DNA from: the human T2T-CHM13v2.0 reference genome, Homo sapiens
Strand: one strand, 5' to 3'
Assembly: GCF_009914755.1 (NCBI RefSeq)
Contig: NC_060936.1
DNA: 64,000 nt
The translations under genes and the position numbers were made by a program. Below are positions 1-15,173 of the stretch, one piece after another; position 1 is the stretch's first letter, and every line of letters starts with the position of its first letter. A model generated the notes under the pieces. It saw only the letters and a program-made list of their open reading frames with translations, was not told where the DNA came from and did not search any database.

Positions 1-214
1 CACACAAAATGTAATAATTGGAGTTCACTTAGAGGTACACATGTATGGGTTTCTGTATTCAACCATATGTTGATATATACTCACATATATGTAAGTGATA
101 ATATCCTGTTTGTTACTTCCACATTTATGCACTATCCCTTAAATATGTATTATATATATTTATATTATTCAGAATCCATCAGCCCTTGTTGAATAAATTA
201 GTGAATAAAATATA

Positions 215-840
215 GAGTCGAGTCTCATTATTCACAGATTCTATATAAGAAAATTTGTCTATTCACTAAAATTCCTTTGTAACACCAAAATCAATACTGC
301 TGGACTTTCATGGGCATTCACATGCATGTGCAAAGTGGTGAAAAATTTGAGCTGCCATGTTCCCAACTAAGGTTGAACAAAATGAAGCTCTGTCTTCTTG
401 TTTCTGCTCACATATGATAAAGAAATATCCTTTTCACACTGTATTTATTGCCACATTTTTGGCATTTTTGTGTTTTGTGTTTCTGAGTTGAATGTTTCGA
501 ATGGGCCCCAAAGATAGTGCTGAAGTGCTCTCCGGTGCACAAGAGTATCTGAGGGAAAAGATACATATGCTGTATAAGCTTCCTCCAGGCCTGAACTACA
601 GTGTTGTTGACAACTAATTCAATGTTAATGAATCAATAGTATGTATTAAATAAAGTGTCTTTAAACAAAACATACATAAAACACAGTTCTATATTGAACA
701 ATTTACCAAAATATTGTGACCAGAGGCAGACAGGCATATAACTAACCCCACATCTCTCCAAGGAACAATGGTTCAATATTTGCTAATTCAGTGTTCCCAG
801 CAACTTTATAAAACATAACTACTGCAACAAGTATCAACTG
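215..840. mobile_element. MER82-like TcMar-Tigger non-autonomous DNA transposon
   Basis: Ends TA|gagtcgagtctcattattc and tatcaactg|TA (TA target duplication, degenerate TIRs); interior matches recalled MER82 consensus. Confidence 0.8.
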
Positions 841-1927
841 TACATATAATATATATTAGACATATTGTATAATTACTGCCCTATTAAAAATCATGTATCT
901 ATGCTGTGTCTGCTTATATAGATATCTTAGATACATAAATATGTATTGTTTACATACATAGGAGCAAGAATGTATTTCTAAAACTCCATGAAGAACACAT
1001 TATATTCTATATAAAAGAGTCAGTTGAAGTAAAAAGTTAACTCATTTTACTAGTCTTTAAAGTAGGACTTTAATGACTCTCAAAATAACAATTTCTCTCA
1101 TACATTGACTCCAAAACTTTAGTTGTTGAATTTATTCTGCAGATATGGCCACATAAAACCAAAATGGCATATGATATATTAAGAACATCTTTAATATGAA
1201 ATGATTAGATACAACCTAAAAGCTGATGAATATAGAACCAGTTGCATATATTATGGACAACTTAATACCCTGCTACCATAAGAAAAATGAGAAAGACTTA
1301 TTAAGATTAAGTATATAGAGAAGATAAAAAGGTAGAGAATGATGTTTAAGGTATGCTACCATTTGCATTGAAAAGGAAAATATTATGTACTTAATGAAAA
1401 ATCCATATTATATTTCTGGATAATGGGACAAGAGTTAGAGGAAGAATCTTTGTTTTATTTTTTTAATTTGCATTTTCAACTATATGCATTTTCTCTTGGA
1501 AAAGAAATGAACAAAATCAAAATAAAGTAACATCATGATGGTGGTAAGGTCAAGCAATACCAGAGTTGCTCTGAGAAGTACTTGGAGTACACTTTGCTCT
1601 TTTTAACAAATCCAAATTCTGTTTGCTTTTTGAGCCTGATTCCAGTGGTGTCTCCTTTATAAAACTGAGGCCATTCTAATTTAATTCTTTATATTATTTT
1701 TGTATCTGTTTTGAATATCTACTCTGTGCAAGGGGCTAATAGGCACATTTTAAAACTAGAAGGATAAAGAAAACATATATTTGCTTTTATAAATTTTACA
1801 ATATAGGTGTGTAGAAAAGATAATAATTTAAATTTCTATAATTTAAAATGTTCATGTAATCTGGTGTGTGATTCTATATTACTTACTTGTTTCAAATTTC
1901 TCTCCACAAATTTATTTTTCTATTAAA

Positions 1928-2058
1928 TTGTAATCTCCTTAGGCTAGAATTTGTGTCTGTCTTTCCTACTTTTGTGTCCAGCATTGACCTAGCAGAGTGG
2001 TAACGACATAGTAGACCCTGAGTGAATGTTAGTGAATGGTTGATTGATTGATGATGAT
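1928..2058 (+). mobile_element. L2 3' end fragment
   Basis: ...cctagcagagtggtaacgacatagtagaccctgagtgaatgttagtgaatgg..., an L2-type terminus. Confidence 0.55.
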
Positions 2059-2130
2059 CTTGTGGCTTTTCTTATTTCTAAATTATATATTGTAAAAATA
2101 AAATAAACTATACTTTTTCTTCCTTAATAG

Positions 2131-2191
2131 GTGATTGTTTCAAACTGAGCATCAACAACAAAAACATTTGTATGATATCTATATTTCAATC
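2131..2191 (+). other. SLCO1B1: 5'UTR portion of exon 2 (61 nt)
   Basis: Acceptor ctttttcttccttaatAG at 2129-2130; ATG at 2192 in strong context (aatcATGg). Confidence 0.92.
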
Positions 2192-2275
2192 ATGGACCAA
2201 AATCAACATTTGAATAAAACAGCAGAGGCACAACCTTCAGAGAATAAGAAAACAAGATACTGCAATGGATTGAAG
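2192..2275 (+). CDS. SLCO1B1: OATP1B1 exon 2 coding part (c.1-84; aa 1-28)
   Basis: Translates MDQNQHLNKTAEAQPSENKKTRYCNGLK; donor AAG|gtagaa; phase 0. Confidence 0.97.
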
Positions 2276-4073
2276 GTAGAATAAGTTTTATGTTTTTGAG
2301 CTAAAATAAGTAAATAGGGAACTTTAATGTATAGAAAAGCAAGTTGTTAAAAAGAACATTATGTTTCAAATTATAATTTTCAATTGAAGCATATATTGAA
2401 ATATTAACATAATGATTCATACCTTGATTTAAACCAGTCTTTTAATCTGATTAAGTATTTCTTTGGCGAAATTTTTGATGCTTAATAGTTTATCAATGTA
2501 GAAAATTTAGAAATATTTTGATAGCTTCTCTTTGGTTTTGGATTGATCACGACATATTTAGGAATGTGATTAAAATAAAAAATGCATAATGAATAATATT
2601 TTAAAATTCTTAGAATTGACTTATAAACTTAGAATATTAATGTCTTGAGACTCACTTTGTGATACTGACTTATTTAAAAATTCTTTTAAAAAAAAAAAAC
2701 AAAAAACAGGATTTAAAAAAGTTCTGATAAGTAATTTAGGCTCATGGAACGGAGGTCTATGATGGTCAAAAACTTGGCCAAAAGACCTGTTTGACGATTT
2801 AGAAAAGCCATTTAATGTTTTCATTTGCCAGCTGGTAAAAGTAATAATTCTGCTTTTTGCTTTTGGCACAAACTGTATTAAATGATACAGTTGAGGTATT
2901 AAGTGATGCTGGCATTTTTATAAACAGGAATGAGTACTCCTAAGCACAATGCTAAATGAGAAGCCAAGACTCAGAAAAGTTAAGAAATTTTCCTGAAGTC
3001 ATCTACATTGTGAATTGAAAACCCTGGAACCCAAGACAAAGCCTTTAAATCCCCATATGGAAGTCTTGAGGAAATCAAGAAATAAGGGTCACCTTTTATC
3101 AATGTTTTAACTTTTTTATTTAGTCAAATTTGTAGTCTTATACAGCTGAATAAAGGCCACCAAGATTGGAGTCAATTACAATAATGTTATAAAAGGTTCC
3201 TTTTAGCTCCTTCCAGGGAACATAAAATTTGTTTGTTTTCTGAGATTACTGATAAAGCCTTCTCTGATGAAATATTTGAGTAACATTTAGGCCAAGTGGC
3301 AGTCATAAGGAAAAAGTATTGGTTAATGCAAGTGAATTATGTTCTATATTCTAAGGATAATATAATGTACTGAATTGTTTTTATTTTTAAATACTGAGTG
3401 TTACAGTAATTTCACTGACATGTGCATAGCAAAATGGCAGCAAACTGCCTGAAGCAATAAAATTTCCAGAGTGATCCCTTATAGCATATCTGGAGAAGCT
3501 GGGAGTTAGGGAATTAGCAGTGTGTGGAAAGGACATTAACTGCAGCCCAATAAAGAAGACTAGAGCTAGAGGAAGATACTGGGATAAGACTGGCATCCCT
3601 AATGCTGGTATTTCAGAAACATCGCTAAATTGGTTAATCATGTCTACAAGTGATATTTAAAATAATATTTTCACTCACTTAAATTGTTAACATTGATATG
3701 TTGTTGATAAAGAATATTAAACTCAACAATCATTTTACAATAATTCTGTAAAGACTTGCGTGCCTGTAGTTGAGGTTTGTTGCATTTCTGAGCTTACTTT
3801 TTATTCATGAGAAATGAAAACATAATGGGAGAAAATTTTTTAAATAAAGGGTATTTTAATTTTTTATGAAGTTTGGGACTTCAAAGTATTAACAAAAGTT
3901 GCTGAAAATATATTGACTTTTACTTTCATTAAATTACATTTTATCATCTAATTTCTTAATTTTCTGTATTTGAAATATTATGATTTAGAGATATCTCTGT
4001 AGATAGAAAGATAATGAAAACAATAGTGAAACAAATGTAATTCAGGAGCATAAAAAAAGATGAGAGAAACCTT

Positions 4074-4335
4074 AATAATAGTAGCTAACATTTATCAAGC
4101 ATTTACTATATGCCAGACATTGATTTAGTGTTTTACTTTTGCTAACAGATTTTTTCCTAACCATAATTCTATCAACTGGATGGTATTATCTCCCCTTTTC
4201 AGATGAAAAAACCTAGATATAGACAGGGCAAATGTCTTCTCCTAGGTCTCAAAGTTGGTAATTGGTACACTGAAGGTCTGAACTCAGGCAATCTGATTCC
4301 AAATCCTATGCTCTCAACTGTATTCCATATTGCTA
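4074..4335 (-). mobile_element. MIR SINE
   Basis: aataatagtagctaacatttatcaagcatttactatatgccagac...cccttttcagatgaaaaaacc, the MIR core. Confidence 0.75.
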
Positions 4336-4744
4336 AAATAAATGTGGATTTTTGTAATATTAGTACCCTCAAGATGTTATGGCAAGCAGGGTTTTATAAG
4401 TGGTGTCTTTAATAACTTTCCTCATTCCATACTTCTAAAAAATTATCTTAAGGTTAAATTATTGAGTGTCAAGCAACTGTGGATTCTAACACTTGCTAAC
4501 ATGCATGCACACACCCAAATATACATGTTGTTACTGACTTACATATACAGACACAGCAGGTGGCAATATATAAGTGCAAATTGATAATATATCCGTGGAA
4601 ATACAAACAAAACTTTGAGAAATCAAATACTTGAATTCTTTTTACCCCTTCTCCTCAATTTTTGTACTGAACTAACTACATTACATAGAACCTGCTAGTA
4701 TATGTTTCATCATTACACTTGTCATTTCTTCTCTTCAAATTTAA

Positions 4745-5810
4745 ACCCAACAAGATACAGGGGAAGATTTAAATGCAATCCAAAGAAAACAGGAAAACAA
4801 TTCAAGAGTTTAAAGATGACATAGTCATTTTAAGAAAGAACCAAAATTAACTTCTGAAATTAAATATTTTACTACAGGAATTTCATAATACAATTATAGT
4901 AATTAACAACAAAATAGACCAAGCTTAAGAAAGAATCTCAGAGTTTGAAGATTACCCCTTTGAATCAACACAAGCAGACAAAATTAAAGGAAAAATATTA
5001 ATGAAAAAAACCTCTGAGAAATATGGGATTATGTAAAGAGACCAAGCCTGTGACTCATTGGCATTCCTGAAAGAGGAGAAAGAGTAAGCAACTTGGAAAA
5101 TGTCTTTGAGGATAAAGTCCATGAAAAATTTCCCAGTCTTGCTAGAGAGGTGGATATGCAAGTTCAAAAAATTCAAAGAATCCCTTCAAGATACTATACA
5201 AGATGGTCATCCACAAGACACATAATCATCAGGTTCTCCAAGGTAAACAAGAAAGAAAAAAACCTTAAAGGCAGCTAGAGAGAAGGGGCAGGTCACTTAC
5301 AAAAGGAGCCCCATCAGTCTAACAATAGATCTTTCAGCAGAAAGCTTACAAGCTAGAAGAGATTGGGGACCTATTTTCACCATCCTTAAAGAAAAGAAAT
5401 TGCAACTAAGAATTTTATATTCTGCCAAACTAAGCTTCATAAGTAAAGAAAAAATATTATTTTCGGTCAAGCAAATGCTAACAGAATTTGTTACCATTAG
5501 ACCTGCCTTACCAGAGATGCTTAAGGGAGTCCTAAACATGGAAATGAAAGAATGATACCTGTCACCACAAAAATAGACTTAACTACAGAGCCCACAGACA
5601 TTATAAAGCAATTATGCAATCAAGCCAACATAATAACCAGCTAACAACACTATGACAGAATCAAATCCTCACATATCAGTATTAATCTTGAATGTAAATG
5701 GGTTAAATGCCTACACTTAAAAGGCATAGAATAGCAAGTTGGATAAAGAAGCAAGACCCAACCGTTTTGTTGTCTTCATGACTCATGTATCATGACATCC
5801 ATAAGATAGA
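4745..5810 (+). mobile_element. L1 fragment (ORF1 to start of ORF2), old L1PA/L1PB type
   Basis: ORF 5093..5278 (KVHEKFPSLAREVDMQVQKIQRIP...RHIIIRFSKV) is L1 ORF1p-like, followed by the ORF2 start region. Confidence 0.85.
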
Positions 5811-5920
5811 AAATGAATAAATTGAAATAATATTTATCTCAGAGTTGTCAGGATATTTATAAGGTGCTTAGCACAGTGTTACATAGAAACTCAATAAATT
5901 GGAAAGTTCCAACATAGTAG

Positions 5921-6236
<316 letters not shown>

Positions 6237-7912
6237 AAGCTGTTTCTTTTTAAAGTGACTACATTAATTTACTTGATCACGAGTAATACATAAATGAAAA
6301 TTTGAGAATACATTCACTCCAATATTTGGAATTATGTGACTTCTAGATTTTTGCAATTTAAGTAGGCATAAAATGGTACTTTGTTTTGGTATTTGTCTGT
6401 GCTCCTTGATTCTTATAAATATTATATTTTGTGAAATCCATTGCTGAATGCAAGTGGTGCTGGTTACATTTGCCTATTTCCAAGTTTTAGTACATTTATT
6501 TTTGAAATATATTTTATCAGTTTAAGGACTTACTTGTAATATCTTTGTGTGGTCTTGGTATTAGGTTAATGTTGGCCTCAATAAATGAGATAGGAAGTAT
6601 TTTTTTCTGCTTCTAACCTCTGAAAAAAACTGTAGAGAATTGATATAAATTAATTCTTAGGTATTTGGTAGAATTCAACAGTGAAACCATGTAGGCCTGT
6701 TTCTTTCTGTTTTGGAAAGTTATTAAAATCAGTTCAATTTCTTAAACAGAAATAGTCCTTTTAATATTGTCTATTTATTCTTGTACAAAATTGGGTAGAT
6801 CGTGTCTTTCAATATATTGGTCTATTTTATATAGGTTATCATAGTTGTAGGCAGAGTGTTGCTTATAGTATTTCTTTATTATCCTTTTCATGTATATTGG
6901 ATCTGTAGTTATGTCCCCGCCTTTATTTCTGTTATTAGTAATTTGTGCCTTCCCTCATCTTCTTAGGTAACCTGGCTGGGTCAATTTTATTAATCTTTCT
7001 AAAGAATTAACTTGTGGTTTTGTCAATTTCCTCTATTGATTTCCTGTTTATGATTTAATTGATTTCAGGTCCAATTTTTATTCTATTTTTTCTTGTGCTT
7101 ACTTAAAATTTAATTTGCTTTTCTTTTTGATTTTCCCAAGGTGGAAACTTAGATATTGATTTTAGCATTTTCTTGTTTTCTAACATATGCATTCAGTGCA
7201 ATAAATCTCTAAGTCTTGATTTTGCTACCTTTCACAAATTTTGATCACTTGTATGTTTAATTTTATTTTTTTCAAGATGTTTTAAAATTTTTCTTCAGAT
7301 TTCTTTTGACTCATAAGTTACTTAAAAGTGTGGTAGTTAATCTCCACATATTTTGGTATTTTTCCAGTTATCTTTCTGTTATATTCTAGCTTAATTTCAT
7401 TGTCATCTAAGAGAAGACATTATTAGTTTAAATGTGTTAAGGTGTGTTTTATGGCTTAGGCTGTGGTATATATTGGTGAATATTCCATGTAAGCTTAAGA
7501 AGAATGTGTATTCTGTTGTTGTTGGATGAAATAACATATAGATGTTTATTATATCCAGTTAATTGATGATGTTGTTAAGGTCAATCATGTTCTTCCTGTT
7601 TTTACCTGCTGGATCTTTCCATTTCTAGAGAGATGTAGAGTCTCCAAATACCATAGTGTATTCATTTATTTCTCCTTGTATTTCTACTGGCTTTTACTTC
7701 AGATAGTTTGCAGCTCTGTTGTTTGGTGCCTCTATGTTAAGAAGTGTTATGTTTTCTTAAGAATTGACCCCTTTAACATTTTGTAATGCCCCGTTTTTAC
7801 CTCTGTTAATTTCCTTGCTTTAGAGTCTGCTGTGTCCAAAATTAATTTAGATTGTCTTGCTTTGTTTTGGTTATTGTTACCATGGAATGTTTTTCTCCAC
7901 TTCTTTACTTTT

Positions 7913-10046
<2,134 letters not shown>

Positions 10047-10047
<1 letters not shown>

Positions 10048-11422
10048 CAGCTCCAGTGTGCAGCTCCCAAAAAGATCAACGCAGAAGGTGGGTGATTTCT
10101 GCATTTCCAACTGAGGTACCCAGCTCATCTCTTTGAGACTGGTTAGACAGTGGGTGCAGCCAACAGGGGGCAAGCCGAAGCAGGGTAGGGTGTCACCTAA
10201 CCTGGGAAGTGCAAGTTGTCAGGAAACTTCCTCCCCTAGCCAAGGGAAGCCACGAGGGACTGTGCCCTGAGGAAAAGTGCATTCTGGTCCAGATACTATG
10301 CTTTTCCCAGTCTTTGCCACCGGCAGACCAGGAGATTCCCTCGGGTGCCTACACCACCAGGGCCCTGGGTTGCAAGCACAAAACTGGGTGGCTGTTTGGG
10401 CAGACACTGAGATAGCTGCAGGATTTTCTTTTTAAACCCCAGTGGTGCCTGGGACACCAGCAAGACAGAACCCTTCACTCCCCTGGAAAAGGGGCTGAAG
10501 CTAGGGAACCAAGTGGTCTAGCTCAGTGGATCCCACCCCCATAGAGCCCAGCAAGCTGAGATCCACTGGCTTGAAATTCTCCTTGCCAGCCGAGCAGTCT
10601 GAAGTCAACCCAGGATGCTCGAGCTTGGTAGGGGGAGGGGTGTCTGCCATTACTGAGGCTTGAGTAGGTGCTTTTCCCTCACAATGCAAACAAAGCCACT
10701 AGGAACTGGGTGGAGCCCACCGCAGCTCCACAAAGCCCCTGTAGCCAGACTGCCTCTCTAGATTCCTCCTCTCTGGGCAGGGCATCTCTTAAAGAAAGGC
10801 AGCAGCCCCAGTCACGGGCTTATATATAAAATTCCCTCTATCTGGGACAGAGCACCTGGGAGAAGGGGCAGCTGTGGGCGCAGCTTCAGCAGACTTAAAC
10901 TATCCTGCCTGCTGGCTCTGAAGAGGGCAGTGGATCTCCTAGCACCATTCTCAAGCTCTGCTAAGGGACAGACTGCCTCCTTAAGTGGGTCCCTGACTCC
11001 CGTGCCTCCTGACTGGGAGACACCTCACAGCAGGGTTCAACAGACACCTCATGCAGGAGAGTTCTGGCTGGCATCTGGTGGGTGCCCCTCTGGAATGAAG
11101 CTTCCAGAGGAAGGAACAGGCCGCAATCTCTGCTGTTCTGCAGCCACTGCTGGTGATACCTAGGCAAACAGGGTCTGGAGTGGACCTCCAGCAAACTCCA
11201 GCAGACCTGCAACTGAGGGGCCTGACTGTTAGAAGGAAAACCTACAAACAGAAAGGAATAGCATCAACATCAACAAAAAGGATGTCCACACAAAAACCCC
11301 ATCTGAAAGGCACCAACATCAAAGACCAAAGGTAGATAAATCCACGAAGATGAGGAAAAACAAGTGCAAAAAGGCTGAAAATTCCAAAACCCAGAATGCC
11401 TCATCTCCTCCAAAGGATCATG
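10047..11422 (+). mobile_element. L1PA7-like element, inverted 5'UTR and ORF1 start
   Basis: acagctccagtgtgcagctccc...catttccaactgaggtacc..., ending just after the ORF1 ATG (atgaggaaaaacaagtgc...caaaggatca); TSD TTTACTTTT at 7904-7912 and 11423-11431. Confidence 0.9.
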
Positions 11423-11572
11423 TTTACTTTTAATCTATATGTGTTTATATATTTAAAGTGGGTTTCATGTAGACAACATATAGTTGGTTCTTGTTACTTG
11501 ATCTACTGTGTCAATTTCAATCTTTTAATTAATACATTTAGATCATTTGCGTTAAAAGTGATTACTGATATA

Positions 11573-11911
11573 TAGTCATGTGTCATTTAACAACAGGAAT
11601 GCATTATGAGAAATGCATTGTTAGATAATTTTGTCATTGTGCAAACATCTTAGCGTGTACATACATAAACCTAGATATTATAGCCTACTACACACCTAAG
11701 CTTATGGTATAGGCTATTACTTTGATGCTACCAAAACCTGTACATTATTGTAGTTTACTAAATACTAATTACAACACAGTGATATTGGTGTATCTAAACA
11801 TATCTGAGCACAGAAAAGATAAAGTAAAAATATGGTATTATAATCTTATGGGACCATCATTGTATATGCTCTCCAACATTGACTTAAATGTCATTATGAC
11901 ATGTGTGACTG
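11573..11911. mobile_element. Tigger3a (Golem_A)-like MITE
   Basis: TA|tagtcatgtgtc...catgtgtgactg|TA, with TIRs and TA duplication. Confidence 0.85.
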
Positions 11912-13150
11912 TAGTTAGATTAGTATCTACCATAGCGGTTGGGTTGCCTGGGTGTTTGCAAGATAAATTTACAAATAATTCAAGTCCACTTTCACGTGAC
12001 GTCATACCACTTCATGGGTAGTATGAGTACCTGATAATAGCAAATTATTTATAATACTTTCCTTCCATTTCTTGTATCATTATTGTCATTCATTTCAATT
12101 TTGTGTCAGCATACATAATCAAATACATTATAGATATTATTTTAAAAACAGTTATGTCTTAGATTAAGAATAAGAAAAGTAATAATTTATATTTTATGCT
12201 CACTTATTTCTCCTCCAATGTTTTCCTTGCTTTAAGTAGATCTGAGTTTCTGATTTATATTATTTTATCTTTCTGTAAAGAACTCCTTTTAACACCTTGC
12301 AAGGCTGATCTAAAGGCAAAACATTTCTTTCAGTTTCATTTCTCAGAGGAAGTTTTATTTCTCCTTCATGTTAGATGGATAAATACACAGGGTATGGGGA
12401 AGGTATTTTTTCCTCTGTATTCTTTTGGGATTTTTTTCCTTTGTCTGTGATTTTCTATAGTTTTAAAATGACATGACTAGGTGTAACTTTTTGGGCATTT
12501 ATACAACTTGTTATTCTATGGACTTCCAGGATCTGTGGTTTGTTGTCTGATACTAATTTGGGGAAATTCTCGGTTGTTATTGTTTCAAATATTTCTTTAG
12601 TCTCTATTTCTCCTTCTAGTGATTCCATTATGTATATGCTATACCTTTTTTAGTTGGCCCACAGTTTTTTGATACTTTGTTCTGATTTTTTTGTCTTTGT
12701 TATTTTTATTTGCTTTTTAGTTTTGCAGATTTTAATTCATATATCCTGAATCTCAGATATCCTGTTTTCAGTCTTGTGCAGTATACTGATGTGTTTACCA
12801 AAGGCATTCTTCATTTCTGCTACGATGTTGTGACATTATAATTTTTTTAATGAAATTTTTATCTGTCTGCTTACATTGCTCTGTTCTTGTGTGCTTCTTT
12901 ATTTTACCACTAGAACACTTAGCATATTAATCACAGTTGTTTTAAATTCTCAGTCCAATAAATCCAACATCCTTTCTGTATCTGAGTTTGGTTCTGATTC
13001 TTGCTCTGTCTCTTCAAAATTATATATATTTTTTTTCTTTTAGATGACTGGTAATATATTCTGGATATCCAGACATAATGTATTGAGTTTTGTAAAACCT
13101 GCTATACATAGGCCTTCAATAATTGTTGCTAAGGTGTGGGAGAGGAGAGG

Positions 13151-13151
<1 letters not shown>

Positions 13152-13184
<33 letters not shown>
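13152..13184. repeat. Poly-T tract (33 nt)
   Basis: Counted directly. Confidence 0.95.
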
Positions 13185-13186
<2 letters not shown>

Positions 13187-14813
13187 CTCTGGACTGTAAC
13201 CTTCACAAGTGTTTTTTTAGTATTTTTTTTCCTTCTTGGTCAGAATGGGTTTGGTAGAGTGAGATGGATTTTGGTATTTTCCTTCTGTCACATGGAAGAC
13301 TAGAATTGGCTGGAGCTGGGTATTTCCTTTCCCTTCGGTCAGTTAGGCTCTAATAACACACCATCTTATGAGGCTCTGATAAACTAGTTCTGCCTAAGGG
13401 CAAGCACTAAAAGTCCTATTAAAAACAGAGGGCTCTAGTCTATTTCAAAAATGAGTCTTGTCTCCTCATGCTACTGAAAGAACAAGATAATTTTTCTCCA
13501 ACATTTACTATAAGAACCTGGTCAAGCTCCTGGAGGGAAAACTCAAAATGTGGAGGTCACCGACTGGGTTCCCTTGGAGTGTTTAGTGCTCAGACTTAAC
13601 CACACTGAGTGAGACTCTAGCAGTTTATCAATTATAGTGAAGGTATTTCTACCTTGTCACTGGTTCCTGTGCAGTTTCTGTTCATGAGTCTCTACTGCTA
13701 TAAGCTGTGACACTTTGTAATCACCTATTTGTCTCTCCAATCTTGAAGGCAGTCGATTGCCATTGGTCCTCACCTCTTTTACAGATCCAGAAAGAGTTGC
13801 TGCATTTTAAATTGGTTCAGTGTTTTTCTTGTTGTTACTATAAAATGGCAAGCTCCAAGCTCCTTGAAGGTTTCCAGAGCCTAGAAACCAGAAATACCAG
13901 CATATATTTTTTATTGTATTTTCTTATCTCATGTCTTACAGTTCTACATTTTACTTAAGAATTCATTGTGATTGCTTGATTAATATACAAGTTATTTTAA
14001 AATAACATTTTCTTCAAATATTTGGAGATTTTTCGTAATAAATTTTTTGCCAGTAATATTTGTCATAATTGCATTGTGGAAGCTATGACATCTAATTTTT
14101 GAAATTAGTTGAGACTTCTCTATGTCCTAGTACATCATTGATGTTTGTAAGTCTCCCTGATGTACTTAATAAAAATGCATATTCCATATTCTTTCAATTG
14201 TTGGATGTATAATTTTATATGTGTCTGAGAGGTCAGTCTTGTTAATTGTGTTATTCAGATCTTCTATGTCCTTGCTAATATTTTAACTATTTCACTTATC
14301 ATAATTGAAAGAAAGATGTTGAATTTTTTTCTTACAAAAGCAGTTGTATTGATTTTTGCTTATATATTTTGCATCTACTAAGTGCATTATTATATAACCG
14401 TTTTATCTTTTAGGATGATATAATTCAATATATGGAGGACTTCTCTATCCTTAATGATGTTTCTATGTCTATTTGGGCTATTATTTATACACCTATAAAA
14501 TTTTCTCTAAGTGGTTATATTTTCTTATCATTTTACTATCACGAAGAATTTCTTCGTGATTTAGGAATATCTCTTATAAAAAGCACAGAGGTAAATTTTG
14601 AAGAAAAATCCAAACTAAAAATTATCTATCTTTAAACTAGCAATTTTCTACACTTATGTTTATTGTATCTATTGATATAGTTAGACTTGCTTTTACTATC
14701 TTACATTATTATGGTGATTTTCCCCTTTTTTAATGCTCCCTTAAAATTCTTTCTTATACTTTTTGAATGTATATGCCTATCTCTCTCATAACAAGACAAA
14801 CATTCTAGCATGA

Positions 14814-15173
14814 TTCTATGATCTGAATGTTTGTTTCCCCCCAAATTTGTATGTCGAGTCATAATCACCAAGGTGATTCTATTAGAAGGTGGAGACTTTG
14901 GAAAGTGATTAGTTCATGAAGGTAGAGTCCTCATGAACAAAATTAGTGTCCTTATGAAAGAGACCCAATAGAGCTTCCTTGCCTCTTCTAACATGTGAGG
15001 TTACAGTGAGAAGATGGTTCTCACCAAATACCAAATATGTTGGTGTCTTGATCTCAGACTTCCCAGGCTCCAGAGCTGCAAAAAGTAAATTTCTATTGTT
15101 TATAAAGTACACAGTTTTCTTATATGCTATATTTTGCTATATTTTCTTACAGCACCCCAAACAGACTGAGACA
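14814..15173 (+). mobile_element. MLT1A-type MaLR solo LTR
   Basis: ctatgatctgaatgtttgtttccccc...cttgatctcagacttccc...agactgagaca. Confidence 0.8.
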
